Below are positions 11,001 to 22,805 of a stretch of 64,000 nt of DNA, piece after piece. The DNA is from Mantamonas sphyraenae STR306 (Eukaryota > Protista > CRuMs). The notes under the pieces were generated by a model. The model had not been told where the DNA came from. It ran no database searches and was given only the letters and a program-made list of their open reading frames with translations. The first letter of the stretch is position 1. Each line of letters opens with the position of its first letter. The stretch is taken from the NCBI GenBank assembly GCA_026936335.1, contig JAPMXV010000036.1, positions 236,754 to 300,753 of the forward strand. The letters are read 5' to 3'. Both the position numbers and the translations under genes were made by a program.

Positions 11001-14000
11001 TGGACGAGGATGCGGTTCCGCTCTCGCTCTTGGGCACTGCCTCGGCAAGAGGACGGAAGCCAAAGCTGCTCTTGGGGTGAAAGTCAAACAGGAACGAGGC
11101 ATTGCTGGTGTCGTAGCTCCAGGCAAACTTGATGGCTTCGCGCGAAAAGAAGCGTGTGGGTGCGCCCAGGCTCTGACCGTTGAGCGCGTAGGCCACGGAA
11201 CGGTCGTCCATGTCTATGAGCACCGACAAGCGTTCGCCCACACTCATCAGACGGTTGGTGAGCTGCGATGACACGCCGTCGCTGTACAAAATTCCACGAA
11301 GGGGGCACAGCGCAAGGGAGCCCTGTACGTCGCCAACGCCGCTGTTGTAACCCGGGAAATCGATGCTTGCGTTCGTGACGCCCACTTGCAGGTACCGCGC
11401 TGCACCCGACGCCAAAATGACGTCCACCTGCCATTTGCCGGCAGGCAATTCCAGATCAACGACGTTTGTGGGAAACGACAGTCCATCGGTGGCCTTTGCA
11501 TACTGCGTGCTGCTGCTCTGGTCAAACGACGTGGCTCGAGTCGCACTCATGCCAGAAACCACAGGGAAGGGCGCAGCCTTGACCTGGCCGGCAAACGGCA
11601 CGTCGATGGCCAGTGCGTTCATGAACCCTTCGCCGGCTTCACAACTCCAACTGCCCACAAAACTCATGGACTGACCCTTGCCTGTGATGTTGCCCTTGTA
11701 GTGACACGGTGTCACCTGCGATCCCTGCACGTTTTCCACCTCGGTGTAGCGGATCTCGCCTGTGACCTCGACCGTGCCGGTCACGTTGGTCAGGCCGTAG
11801 TCACCGTATCGAATGGTGCCTGTGAACTTGCCGCTCGTCTCGCCCGACTGCAGCACAAACTCGTATGTGGCTTGCTGGCCGTTGGGCGAGTCGTTGCTCG
11901 TGTGCACCGCTTCCCACTTGAACACGTGCGGCAATTGCAGTTTGCTCTCGTCGTACGGTTGGTAGCCGTCGGGCGCGTCGTGTGCAAACGGAAGTCGACC
12001 AAAGTTGAGCTCAACCTTGCTGTCGGCGCTCAAAAGGGCCACGGTGGGGCGCAGGCCACTGTACATGTTCATGTACGTGATGCTGGCCTCCGGGATCTGC
12101 TCGCCATTCAGCGAAAAGGCACAGCAGCCCAGGTCTGCGTCGATGGACACGCCGATGACATCTTCCTCGCCAAGGGGTTTGAAGGTGGTGCCTTCATGCA
12201 GATTACGCAGCACTTGGCCTTCGTGCAGGATCAACCCTGTGCCCGTGTCCAGCGCGTACGAGCGCGACGACAATCCCAGGCTTGGGCCCGTGGCGCCGCC
12301 CGCCAGCGACGGCCCAACTCCCACGTTCTGCTTGCCCTTGCCCTTGCTGTCCTCCGCTTCTGCCGCCATCACACTGCCGCTCTCAAAGTGCTCCTCGCAA
12401 AAGCCGATGCGCGGCGCAACACTGCCGCCCAGAATCTTGACCTCAAAGTACCACTTGCCGTCGTCGACATAGCAGTTTGCAGCCGCGTGTGCGGGTGTGG
12501 CCATCGTCGTGCCGTTGGCTGCTTCAAAGTCGTACAGATCGATGGAGCCCTGGTCGCCCACGCGCTGCAGGCCTACAAACTTGTTGCGTGTGGCCTTGAG
12601 GCGAGCACGCTCCTCGCCTGCGCGTCGTCGCAGCTCGTCGTGCAGCTTGTGCTGGAAGCGTTCGGTGGCACGTGCGTTGACGTTGATGCCCACCTTGAGC
12701 ACATGTGTCCAGATGCGCAGCATGGCGTGGTGCTTGTGCAGCATTTCCTGTTTGCGTGCTGAGTAGTCTTCAGGCTCGCTCGCGTCTGCGGCTGATGCGC
12801 CCTCGCCCTGTGTCTCGCCTGCACGTGCTTCACGTGCAACAGCCAAGTCGCGTTGCATCTCCAACGCCTCGGTGGCCAGCTCCGCCATCTGTTCGCTGAG
12901 TCCCTGTTGCTTAACAAAGGCGGCAAGAACGGCACGGTGCATGACCGCCACGGCTCTCTGGTCTTCAGTGTAAGGGTCTGCGTCGATGGCATCCTGCGCC
13001 TCCTTGATGGACTGTTGATGTTGTTCGTTCTCTTCTGCCGCTTCTTCGGCGTTGGCAAACATGAGCTGCATGCCTTCAAACACCTGCGACTCGCTGCCTT
13101 CAGACGCCAGGCCACCCGATGAGCTTGCGCTGCTGCTGGAAGCCGTGGCGAGCAGGTTTGCAGGCGCAGTAGGGGGCTCCTTGGTGCCTGGTCGCACATT
13201 GGTTGCAGGCGGCCTGGGCTGTGGTTCTGCGTCGTCGTCACGCAGCCACGCAACCAACGCCGAGGCAAGGCTGCGCGTGTGGTCATCGGCATGTTCTCCG
13301 TACGCATTCATCAAAGTCATAAGCAAACGCACATGCAACGGGTGTGCCGTAGAGGCGCCGGCGTCGACGCTGTCTACCTTGGCCTTGCCCTTGTCCTCAC
13401 TATCCTGTGCACTGGGTGCATAGCTGGCGGACACATGGGCCAGCCAGTCTTCGCACAACGAATCCAGACCTGCCTGAGTGACCATGGACTCCAACAAAGG
13501 CTGCATGTCGTCCTCAAAGTCATCGCTTGCGTCGGTGCCGCTGGAAATGAAGGAGACGGCGAGACGGCTTCCGAACTGGATGAGATTGCGCTGCATGACA
13601 CGCAGCGAGGCGCTGGACAATGCAGTGCTGTCTTCGTCGGGGTAGAACCCCGTAACAATGACGCGTGCGCCCCACGAGTGAGCCAGAGGGTTGGACATGC
13701 TGTTGAACACAAGCGTGACCTCGCCCGCCGGTACGACGAGTACGCCCACAGGCACGTTGCGGCCCCAGAAGCGCTTGTGGATGGGCACTCGCTCGCCATC
13801 GCTGTTGGTAATGTACACCTGCAGGTAGTCTGCAAAGCTGCTGGTTTCGCAGTACTCGTCGAATTCGAGCGTGACCAGGTGCGCCCCAGGGAAGTGGAAC
13901 GTCTGCGAATCGGTGTAGGCATCCGGATACGGATGCGGCGTCTCAAAGATGGCCGATGAGATGGGCTGGCGCACAGAGGGAGCCTGGTCGTTGCCTGTGC

Positions 14001-17000
14001 TGCCCTGAGCTTGGGAGCTTTCACCTGCGTCTGCGGCGGCCGTCATGCTTGCTGTAGCCGTGCGCTCCTTCAATGTGGCCAATGTGTCGAGTTGGCGCAC
14101 GAGACGCACAGTCTGGTCGAGCAGGGTCTGCGAATCCTTGGCGACGGTGGAGCGTGAGGTCACGAGCGGGGACGAGATGTGCCAGTAGATCATCAGGGGC
14201 AGGAGCTTGTCAAAGAGAACGTGAGAGTCGAGCACCGAGGCAAGGGAGGTGTGCAGCGCCGCGCCGTCGGATTCGTTGGCGGTTCCGTTGTTGCGGCGCA
14301 CGTTTTCGTCGAGGACGAGCTGCAGCATGTCACTCACGACACTCCAGGCATGGTTCATGAACGCGTTGTGACTGTGCACCACCATGCTATTCTCCCTGTC
14401 GTCATCAAGGAGCATGGTCGTGGAAATGGCAGCGTAGATGCGCAGGAGAATCTGCTCCACACTCGCAGCGGCTTCCATCGAGGTGGTGGTGACGTCTGTT
14501 GTGGCTGGCGTGTCTTCATCGGATGCATCTGCTGCTGCAGGTTGTTCGTTTGCCGCGCCTGCATCTCCTTCCGACGCCTCTTGGGGATCGAGGACGGCCC
14601 CGTTGGGATTGCTGGCGTCGAGAGCAGCCTGGAACGAGGTTTGCACCTGGCCAAACATCTGCTTGAGAAAGGCGTCGCCCTCCTCTGCGTTGACCGTATC
14701 GTTGCGCTGGTTCTCGCGGGTGTGCATCCACTGGAAGTGCGCGTATCGCAGTTTCGTGGGCACGTACGGGCGCACGGTCAGGGTGCCCGAGTTGTAGTCG
14801 CGGATGCTGATGCACGGGTAGATATCCTTGCCACGCCAATGGCGCAGGTCGACATCGGCTGGGCCGAGGTAGACGTCGTTGCGATAGAAGGACAGCTGGA
14901 GGTTGCCTGTGTCCATGCGCACGCGGATGACGTCGCCAAACTGGACGGCGCCGCAGGGATAGGGCACGAGGTCAGAGTTGAGGTACACATGTCCGTTCTT
15001 GAGAAAGAGGCCAACGCTAGTGAGGGTCTGTCCGACCCATCCCTGCCACGAGGAAAGCTTGAGGCAGACGCCGACTGAGCCCTGCGGCAGGGTGCTGTTG
15101 TTGTTGGAGTTGCTGACGGCGACCTCCCATTCGTAGACACGGTTTGGCAAGAGCGGGCTCATGTCAGCGGCCATACCCCATGTCTGTTCGCCTCCGTTGT
15201 TGAACCAGGCGGTGTTGGGCGAGCTGCCTGTGGTGTACATGTTGTTGCTCTTCCAAGTTGTGTTTACGCCGATGCCCGGCACAAACACACGGGGCGTGGG
15301 AAAGTCCGTGTGGGGTGGAAACACGAGGCTGGACAGGTTGGGCTTGTGCATGATGGCCTTGAGCACAAGCGGGAGCAGGACGGCATCTTCACGCTGGGGA
15401 TGTTCGAGCAAATCGGAGAGCCAGCCACGCACGCCAGTCCAGCTCTCTGTGAACATGCCGTACGCGACGTGAAAGGTGTTTTCACACTCGCGGAAGGCAT
15501 CGGCAAAGGCAGGCTGCGTGCGCAGGACCGTGAGGGAAGACGACAAGAAAGCGCGCAAGCTGTTGACCAGCTCGCCGTTGGATGCGCCACCATATCCTGT
15601 TGTTCCCATGGTCTTTCGAATCTCCATGTCGACATTGATGGCCATAAGGCGAAGCATGGCCACGAGAGAGTACTGCAGCACGCCGAAACGGTAGGTGGGC
15701 GTGTGGTTGCCCTGCTCGTCGACTTCCTCGTTGTACTGAGCCACCAGAGCGTCCAGATAGGCCTGCGCGGCAGTCTGGGTGCCGAGGATGCCCTTGCCCG
15801 AGTCGAGGTCGACGCAGAGGGGGGCGTTTGTGACATATCCCGTGGAGCCCATTTCAGCAAGGGTCCTGCGTGCGTGGCCGTCCATGAGAGTGGTCAGGAT
15901 GAGACCCAGGCAGGAGATGTCCACCACCTGAACTGTGTCGTTGGAGGAGGCAGCGGTAGACGCAGAGGAAGAGGACGACGAGCTGGAGCTGGCGGCCTCG
16001 CTGACGCTTGCGCTTGCGGACAGTTGCAAATCAAGCGACTGCTGCTCGTCACGCTGCACAGTGCTGCCCCAGGTTTCCTCTTGGGCAAAGAGAAACTCTG
16101 GAGAGCAAGTGCTGTTTGTCGGGTGGTTGAAGAGCAAGCTGAAGTTGCCGGTGGGCTGCTCGGCACCCTCGCCGGAACCCTCGGTGGCACCCTCGTCTTC
16201 CTTGGTGGCCACGGGGCCTTGATAGATGATGGTGCCGTGGCGCATGCCGTCATAGGCAAGTGCGATGGCCGAGTCGTCCGAAGCGGCGGGAAATTCGGGG
16301 TAGGCAGTTGCGCCAACAATACAGTCGCCGAGATCGATGTGGACAAACTGGTAGCACGACGGATGGGTGTTGGGAAACACGCGCGGAGGCACTGCGTACA
16401 TGAGATGGCTGCGGACGGCGGTGAACGCTGCGTTGCACAGGGTGTCGTGGCGGAAGGCCGGGACATTGTCTGCGAGCATGAGGGAGTCGTCGACACCACC
16501 GAGACCTGAAATTTGGACGACGGCGTTGCCCGTGTACACAGAGACAAAGGCGTGCAGCGGGTTGCTCTCTGAGAAGGGGACGACTTCGGTTGTGCAGCGC
16601 GAGCACCAGGGCTTCCAATCCTGATCGGGAAGGCGCGTCTCGATGGTCTGTGCTTCGATGTTGATGCGCAGGTCAAGATAGCTACCTTGCTCATACATGA
16701 AGGTGCGGCCTTGTTCGTCGCAGACGCTGGGATGGCTGCACCCGCACGAGGCGTACGCGTAGCCACCCGAGGTGTAGATGGACCATCCGTTGCTGGCCGA
16801 ACCGGGATAAGTCGCGGTCTCGCCCATTGAACGCAAGCAAAAGCCGACCATGAAGTAGTTGGACGAGTTGGCACCAGCCTGTGCGGTGAAACGACCTCGT
16901 GGACACCCTTTGTGAAGGAGAAGTCGGAGAGGGCGTTGAGCCACTGGTTCGGAGCGCGTGTGTTTGTGACAGAGTCGGAAGAGACAAAGTCGAGCGACTT

Positions 17001-18873
17001 GTTGGAGTACTCTGTGGAGAAGGAGACCGGGCGACGAGGCAAGTTGTCGACACGGTCAAAGGGTACTGCGTTTTCGTAGGAGTCGACGGTCTGGCCCCAG
17101 ACGCGGAAAGGGGAGCGCTTGGGGTCGATGACGAGACGTTTGTTGTTGCTTGCGATGGGCAGGACCCATGATGCGGTGCCCTTGATGGCGTCTTCATCCT
17201 GGCTGAGGAAGAGGATCGAAGCGCCGTGAGCTACCTTGCGGTCGGGGTGACAGGGCACAAGCTTAACGCCGGCAAAGATGTGCTGGTTGAACTTGCCGTT
17301 AGGGTTGATGTTGAGCGTGTAGAAGGTCGGCTCGGTGGCGGCAAAGTCTGGAGTGTCGATGGGCAGGGAGGCGATCTGGAGACGGGAGTCCTCCTGGACA
17401 AGGATGGTGTGGATGGCTTTGCCAGCGTAGACGATGCCTGAACTCTCGTTGTCGAGGTTGGTGATGGAAGGGTTGTAGGCAAGGACACGGCCAAGGGGCT
17501 GGCCGTGGACACCGGCGCCGATCTTGTAGACGCCGGCAGCATTGATGAGATAGATGTAGCCGCCGGCAGCACACATGTCGTAGGTGGAGGAAGGGTGGAT
17601 GCGCAGAGAGGGCTGGTTGTGGAGGGCGGAGGCGGCGAGGGAGGAGAGGACGGCGCCCTTGGTCGGGGAATAGAGACGTGTGCGCATCTCGACGAGGAGG
17701 GTGCGCAGCTGGTCATTGACAACAGGGTTGAGGGCAACTGTGAGATGGCCAGGCAGGGTGGACAGGCTCTGGATGAGGTTGAGCATGGTGTTGAGGTCGC
17801 CGCGGCTGTAGGCGATCATGACAATGATCTCGAGCATTTGAGAGGTGTCGAGCTCAGAGTCCTTTTGCGTGGCGTGCTGGCGCAGGATGGCAAAGAGGAA
17901 GTTTTCGAGGCGTTTGACGACGTCGAGATGGCCGTAGGAGCGGATGAGGAGGGGTTCGGCTTCGAGGAGCTTGCGAATTCGGGTGAGGAGCTGGTTCACA
18001 AGGAACAAGTTTTCCTGGTTCTCTTCAAGCAGGGCAGGCAAGAGCTCAAGACCAAAGCGCTCGAGACTGGTAGGCTGTTTGGCGACGCTGATGGTCTGCA
18101 TGGTGCGGTTGGTGTACCGCTGGCGCTTGTGGCTGTCGGCAGCAAAGGTGGCGACTGCAGCGAGGCCCCTGCGCTTGAGGAGCACGGAGCGCATGTAGTT
18201 CAGGTAGAGGCCAGCGGATGAGTTTGCCGGAGGGCCTGCGTCCATGATGAAGGACGGGTCTGTGAGGAGGGGGGGGAGCATAGTTAGGATGGGGCAGGGC
18301 GGACGGAAAGGGTGGAAACGGAGTGAGCGTGTTGCACAAACGCGAAGGCAAGATTTTAAAGCAAAGGAGCCCGGGTGGGCGGGTGCAGGGTGCAGGTTGG
18401 GGATTAGGGTGGGGACACGAGAGGGTGTGGAGATGGCGAGGCGGTAGCGTGGACGGGAAGCGGGCAGGCAGGAAGGGGACAGGCGGCAGGGGACGTGGGT
18501 GGGAGAATGGAAGGTGGGAGGGGAAACGTGCTGGTGGACGAACGAAAGAAAAGGGCGAGGAAGCGGGGAGAGACATACCGGAGAGTGGAGAGACGGAAGA
18601 GACGTCGTCTGTGAGCTGGGCAACAAGCTGTGCAAACATGCGCTTGACAAAGGCATCGTCGAGAAGCTGAGCGTCCGTGACGGCGGCCCAAGTTGTTTCG
18701 AGCTCCGTGTCAAACTTGACAAAGGGCGCGACTTGAGCATGGGAGAGGTCAGAGAAGCCCATGGCTGGTTTACCAGCACGGTTGCGGTTACTAGGCGACT
18801 TGTAGCGGCCTGTGCGGCGGCCATGCCTGGATACAACGCTGAGGTCCGAGTGACCGCTCTGTTGGTTTCCCAT
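5008..18873 (-). CDS. Giant (~4500 aa) MYCBP2/Highwire/RPM-1-like RING-Cys-relay E3 ubiquitin ligase; exon 1 18579-18873, exon 2 5008-18259 with a 1-nt frameshift at ~16893
   Basis: C-terminus CTICWSE...QLACGHVFH...WDGPRI...YYQCYQCKKPYFGGEAQC...[28 protein letters not shown]...GNEFGLGCSACR is the MYCBP2 RING + tandem-cysteine module. N-terminus MGNQQS, SRGDLNTML and GYIYLINAAGVYKIGAG are PHR/HECTD4-like. Four SPRY-like, one CUB-like, one DOC-like and several UBA-like segments lie between. Confidence 0.88.
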
Positions 18874-19024
18874 GCGGTGCTCAGGTCAGGTTGGTGGACC
18901 GAGCGGATGATGCGAGAGTGGGTGGAGATGGGTGGAGTGCCTGGTGGATGTGTGTGAGAGGGTGAGTATGTGTGGTGTGTGTGGGTGCACCGAAGGAGGA
19001 AAGGAAAACCAAGAACGCCCGAGG

Positions 19025-20854
19025 ATGTCGCGGCGAGGGCGAGTTGGACAGGCGGCAGCGGCGCAAGCCGGTGTGGAGGAGATGGAAGGAGCGAGGCTAA
19101 ACGAGCAAACGTCGATGTCAAATGTGCTGGACCAGCCGCAACGGACAGGGAAGCAACTGTGGCAGGTGGCGAGAGAAAAGGTTGCGCTTCGAGCACGGCT
19201 GGGGGGCAAGGCACGTGGGGATGGAGACAAAGGACACAGTGCAGGGCAACGGTTTGCCAGCACGGTGATGGACGTGGTGAAGATCAACAAGGAGTTTGAC
19301 CTGGTGACGGGCAAACGAGAACGGGAGCGGGCAAACGCAGAAGCACTGGGGGCGGACGAGGAGGAAGGGGGCGAGTCGTCCGGAGAGGGATCTGCAGAGC
19401 AGGACAGCGGGGAGGGAGTGAGTGAACGTAGCCAACGGCCCGGGCGAGCGGCGAAAGGCACGTACACGGCGGGTCAGAGCGGGGGCCGGAGGAAAACGGA
19501 CGAGGAGGTGTTTGAGGCGGAGAGCTCGGCGTGGTTGTTTGACGAGCCATGGTACAGCAAACAACACACTCACAGGCTGCGATGTCCAAGGGGGAAGATT
19601 TTGCGCATAGATTGGGTGTGTCCGTGTCGCACATCACGGCAGGTAGGTTGTGGAGCGAGGGAAAAGACGCAACGGAGGCGAAAAACGAGCCGCAGTCCGG
19701 ATTTGGCAAAGGTGTCCAAGGTGGAACTAACACACAAGGGAGCGTGGGCGCGGACAACGCAGTTTATTATTGGCCACTGTGCATTGTGGCTGTTGTTGTT
19801 TGTGCCTGTGTTTGCACTGACGTTTGCACTGTCGGTAGGCCCTGTGGTGGAGCGGAACACGGAGTGGGACGCGACGAACTGCACGGTGGTACAAGCAAGG
19901 GTGGACACATTTGTGACAGGAAATGCGCAGAGTGGGTACGAGGTGAAGTGTGCAAACGCACTGGAGGTGCGTGTGTGGCTGGTGCGCGAAGAGGAAGGCC
20001 CCGGGGATGAGGACGTGCTCGTGCCCACGGGCCAGTCACGGCTGGCACGCACACATACGGCGTGTACAGTTTGGGACGGGTGTCCGTCGGGGAGTCAGAT
20101 CAAGGAAAGTGATGTGGAGACGCGGGACAATGGCAAGCCCGGGCCGCCGGGACACAGGAGCGAGCTACAGCTGAAAACAAGCACAGGGCTGACGAGCAGG
20201 TGTGCAAGCAGGTTCCCTGTGGCTGGAAACGAAAGTTCGGGGCTGGTGAGGTGTTGGTACGATGAGGGGAACGCAAGCAGGGTTGCGGTGGACCGGTATT
20301 ACGAGATGGAAGACGTGGCGGTGATGTGGGTGCCGGTATTGCTTGCTGTGCCGCTGCTAACTTCGACTCTGCTGTTCTGCGACGAGCACCTGAAGCGCAA
20401 CATGGCAACGATGCAGCTGCTGCCAATGGTGTACGGAGTGATTGCGATGTCGGTGGGCATTGCGGGCATGGTGCGTCTGGACGGTCTGGACAATGGGAGC
20501 AAGGAGCCGTGCCAGCTTGTGGAGTACGAGACGACTGGATATGCAGTGTTGTTCTTTATGGGCAGCCTGGCGGTGCTATGTTCGCTGGTGGCTCGTCTGC
20601 GGAAAGGCCTGGCTGTGGTGAACCGAGGCCTGGTGCTGGTTCTGGTGCTGGCAGTGATTGGCTCTGTGGCGTTGGATGACCAAGTGGACAACAGTGGGTG
20701 CACGAGCCACTTTATGCGCGCGAGCGTGCCCTTGTTGTTTGGTTCGCAGACGATGCTGGTGTACACGGTGGTGTTTGTGTGCTGCTACCGTGATCTGAGC
20801 ACTGTGAGCCTGGCCAAGGTGTTGTACAGTCAAGATGGACCGAGTCCGATGTGA
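19025..20854 (+). CDS. Multi-pass membrane protein with a Cys-rich extracellular loop (W-x-x-TNCTV ... CWYD), reminiscent of BK-channel beta/TipE-like loops; function unknown
   Basis: Long ORF with coding-like codon bias, about six hydrophobic segments and N-glycosylation sequons (NCT, NES, NAS, NGS); start codon uncertain (19025 or 19082). Confidence 0.65.
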   Translation: MSRRGRVGQAAAAQAGVEEMEGARLNEQTSMSNVLDQPQRTGKQLWQVAREKVALRARLGGKARGDGDKGHSAGQRFASTVMDVVKINKEFDLVTGKRERERANAEALGADEEEGGESSGEGSAEQDSGEGVSERSQRPGRAAKGTYTAGQSGGRRKTDEEVFEAESSAWLFDEPWYSKQHTHRLRCPRGKILRIDWVCPCRTSRQVGCGAREKTQRRRKTSRSPDLAKVSKVELTHKGAWARTTQFIIGHCALWLLLFVPVFALTFALSVGPVVERNTEWDATNCTVVQARVDTFVTGNAQSGYEVKCANALEVRVWLVREEEGPGDEDVLVPTGQSRLARTHTACTVWDGCPSGSQIKESDVETRDNGKPGPPGHRSELQLKTSTGLTSRCASRFPVAGNESSGLVRCWYDEGNASRVAVDRYYEMEDVAVMWVPVLLAVPLLTSTLLFCDEHLKRNMATMQLLPMVYGVIAMSVGIAGMVRLDGLDNGSKEPCQLVEYETTGYAVLFFMGSLAVLCSLVARLRKGLAVVNRGLVLVLVLAVIGSVALDDQVDNSGCTSHFMRASVPLLFGSQTMLVYTVVFVCCYRDLSTVSLAKVLYSQDGPSPM

Positions 20855-21036
20855 TGGCCATGCGGGGCGACTCGAGAGGGTTCAGGATGGACAGGATGGA
20901 CAGGATGGACAGGAAAGAAGAAGAAACTCGGAGCGGTTCATTTTCCAGTGCCAATGGTTGCATCATGCGAGTCGAGACCAGGGGTTGGCTGCGACACGGT
21001 GATGGACCATGTTTTGGTGGCTGGGCAGAGGCTGAG

Positions 21037-21225
21037 TTAGCCGTACATGTCCATGCTCTTCTTGGAAGACTTCTTCTTCTCGGAGATCTTCTTGGAGTCA
21101 GAACTCTCGCTCTCGCTGTTGGAGTTGCTGTTGGAGTTGCTGTTGGAGAAGTTTGCGCCGGGCTGGTTGCCGCCCATGGGATCGGGCGGGCCGTTGGTTG
21201 CTGCGTTGCCACCGGTGGAGCTCAT
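21037..21225 (-). CDS. Small low-complexity hypothetical protein (62 aa; Asn/Ser-rich, Lys-rich tail)
   Basis: ATG-to-TAA ORF with C/G-ending codons (aac, agc, aag) filling the gap between flanking genes; no recognisable domain. Confidence 0.45.
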   Translation of the reverse strand: MSSTGGNAATNGPPDPMGGNQPGANFSNSNSNSNSNSESESSDSKKISEKKKSSKKSMDMYG

Positions 21226-21652
21226 GCTTGTGCTTGGTGTTGAAAGTGAGGAAAGAGGGAAATCCGCGTTTGGGTTTGTGCTGGGTGTGGTTTGACGAGA
21301 CTTGGGCTAGTTTCAGGTGATGCGCGTGATGCGAGTCTGTTGCATAAAGGGTGGGCAGAGTGTACGAGCAGAATGCATGCGAGAGCAGGGGTTAGCAGTG
21401 CGTGACGGGTGTTTGTGCACTGTGGCCGGAAACTCACCGAAGAAACCAGGTGTTCGTTTTTTTTGTGTTGTTTCCATGAGTGCAGCCAATCTTGGTGAGT
21501 GGACAGTGACGATCGTGTGACCCCAGTGTGAAGGGTGGATTCCTTCATGGAGTTTCCCAATGTGGTTCCCGAAGCGAGAGTCGGTGTGTGAGGGTGTGTG
21601 TGTGCGGAGCGTGGATGAAGCCACCCCAACTTCAGCTCAGGCTCACCTCGAC

Positions 21653-22668
21653 ATGTCGCGGTACGATCGTGCTATCACCATCTTTTCGCCCGATGGGCAT
21701 CTGTTCCAGGTGGAGTATGCGCTGGAGGCTGTGAAGCGAGGCACAACGGCGGTAGGTGACCTGTGGGTGCCCCAAGGCAGGGCGACGTCTCAGTGGGCGG
21801 CGGTGCGATGGGCAGAGACGCTGACACCGAGAACGTGTTTTTGTGGGTGGCAAATGAGCGCTGTGCAGGTGGCTGTGCGTGGAGAGGACTGTGTGGTGAT
21901 GGGAGTGCAGAAGAAGAACACGACAAAGCTGCAGGTGGGTTGCAAAACCGGGGAGAGGGCTTTTGCGGATTCCGCTTCCGGCCTTCAGAGCTGATGGAGA
22001 CTGACACGCAAGGTGGGGCACGGACGGCCGGGTGTGTTTGGGTGGCGTGTGTGCGTGTGGTCGGGTTGGGATGTGCTCAGGAATCGCGCACAGTGCGCAA
22101 GGTGGTGCAGTTGGACAAACACATTGCGCTGTGCTTTGCGGGTCTGCGCGCAGACGCACGCGTGCTGATCAACCGCGCTCGCATCGAGTGCCAGAGCTAC
22201 CGCCTGACGGTGGAGGACGCACCGTCGGTGGAGTATATTACCAAGTACATCGCTGGAATCCAGCAGAAGTACACGCAGAGCGGCGGCGTGCGCCCGTTTG
22301 GCATCTCCACACTGATTGCCGGGTTCGACGTCGACGACAAGCCTGTGCTGTTTGAGACGGACCCCAGCGGAAACTACGCAGCATGGAAGGCCAACGCATC
22401 GGGCAAGAACAGCAAGACGGTGCGCGAGTTTCTGGAAAAGAAGTACGACGAGTCGGACGGCAGCGAGAAGGACACCATCAAGCTCACGCTGCGCGCCCTG
22501 ATGGAAGTGGTGGACTCGGCACACAAGAACGTGGAGCTTGCCGTGCTGCGCCCCAACCAGGATCCAGAGTTTCTGGGCGAGGAGGCCATGGAGGAGGTTG
22601 TGAAGGAGATTGAGGCCGAATTGGAGGCAGAGAAGGAGGCGAGCAGCAACGCACGCCGTGAGGGATGA
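21653..22668 (+). CDS. PSMA7: 20S proteasome subunit alpha-4 (alpha type 7); exons 21653-21751, 21869-21934, 22081-22668
   Basis: [30 protein letters not shown]...[23 protein letters not shown]...[16 protein letters not shown]. Confidence 0.96.
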
Positions 22669-22805
22669 CTAGTCATCATGGCCAAGCGCCACATGTGAAA
22701 ATGCACAAGATTGTTTGCACAGACAAGACACGGTCACAGAGAGGGAAAGAGAGAGAGAAAGAGCGGATGACGGGGTGTTTTTCATTCAGATTCAGAGCAC
22801 GAAAA

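Noticed and set aside
5080-16509. Long plus-strand ORFs (e.g. 5080-6726, 6781-9489, 11386-12762)
   Set aside because: Antisense shadows of a GC-rich coding sequence; the same applies to 22665-24194, 38396-40516 and 60217-62637
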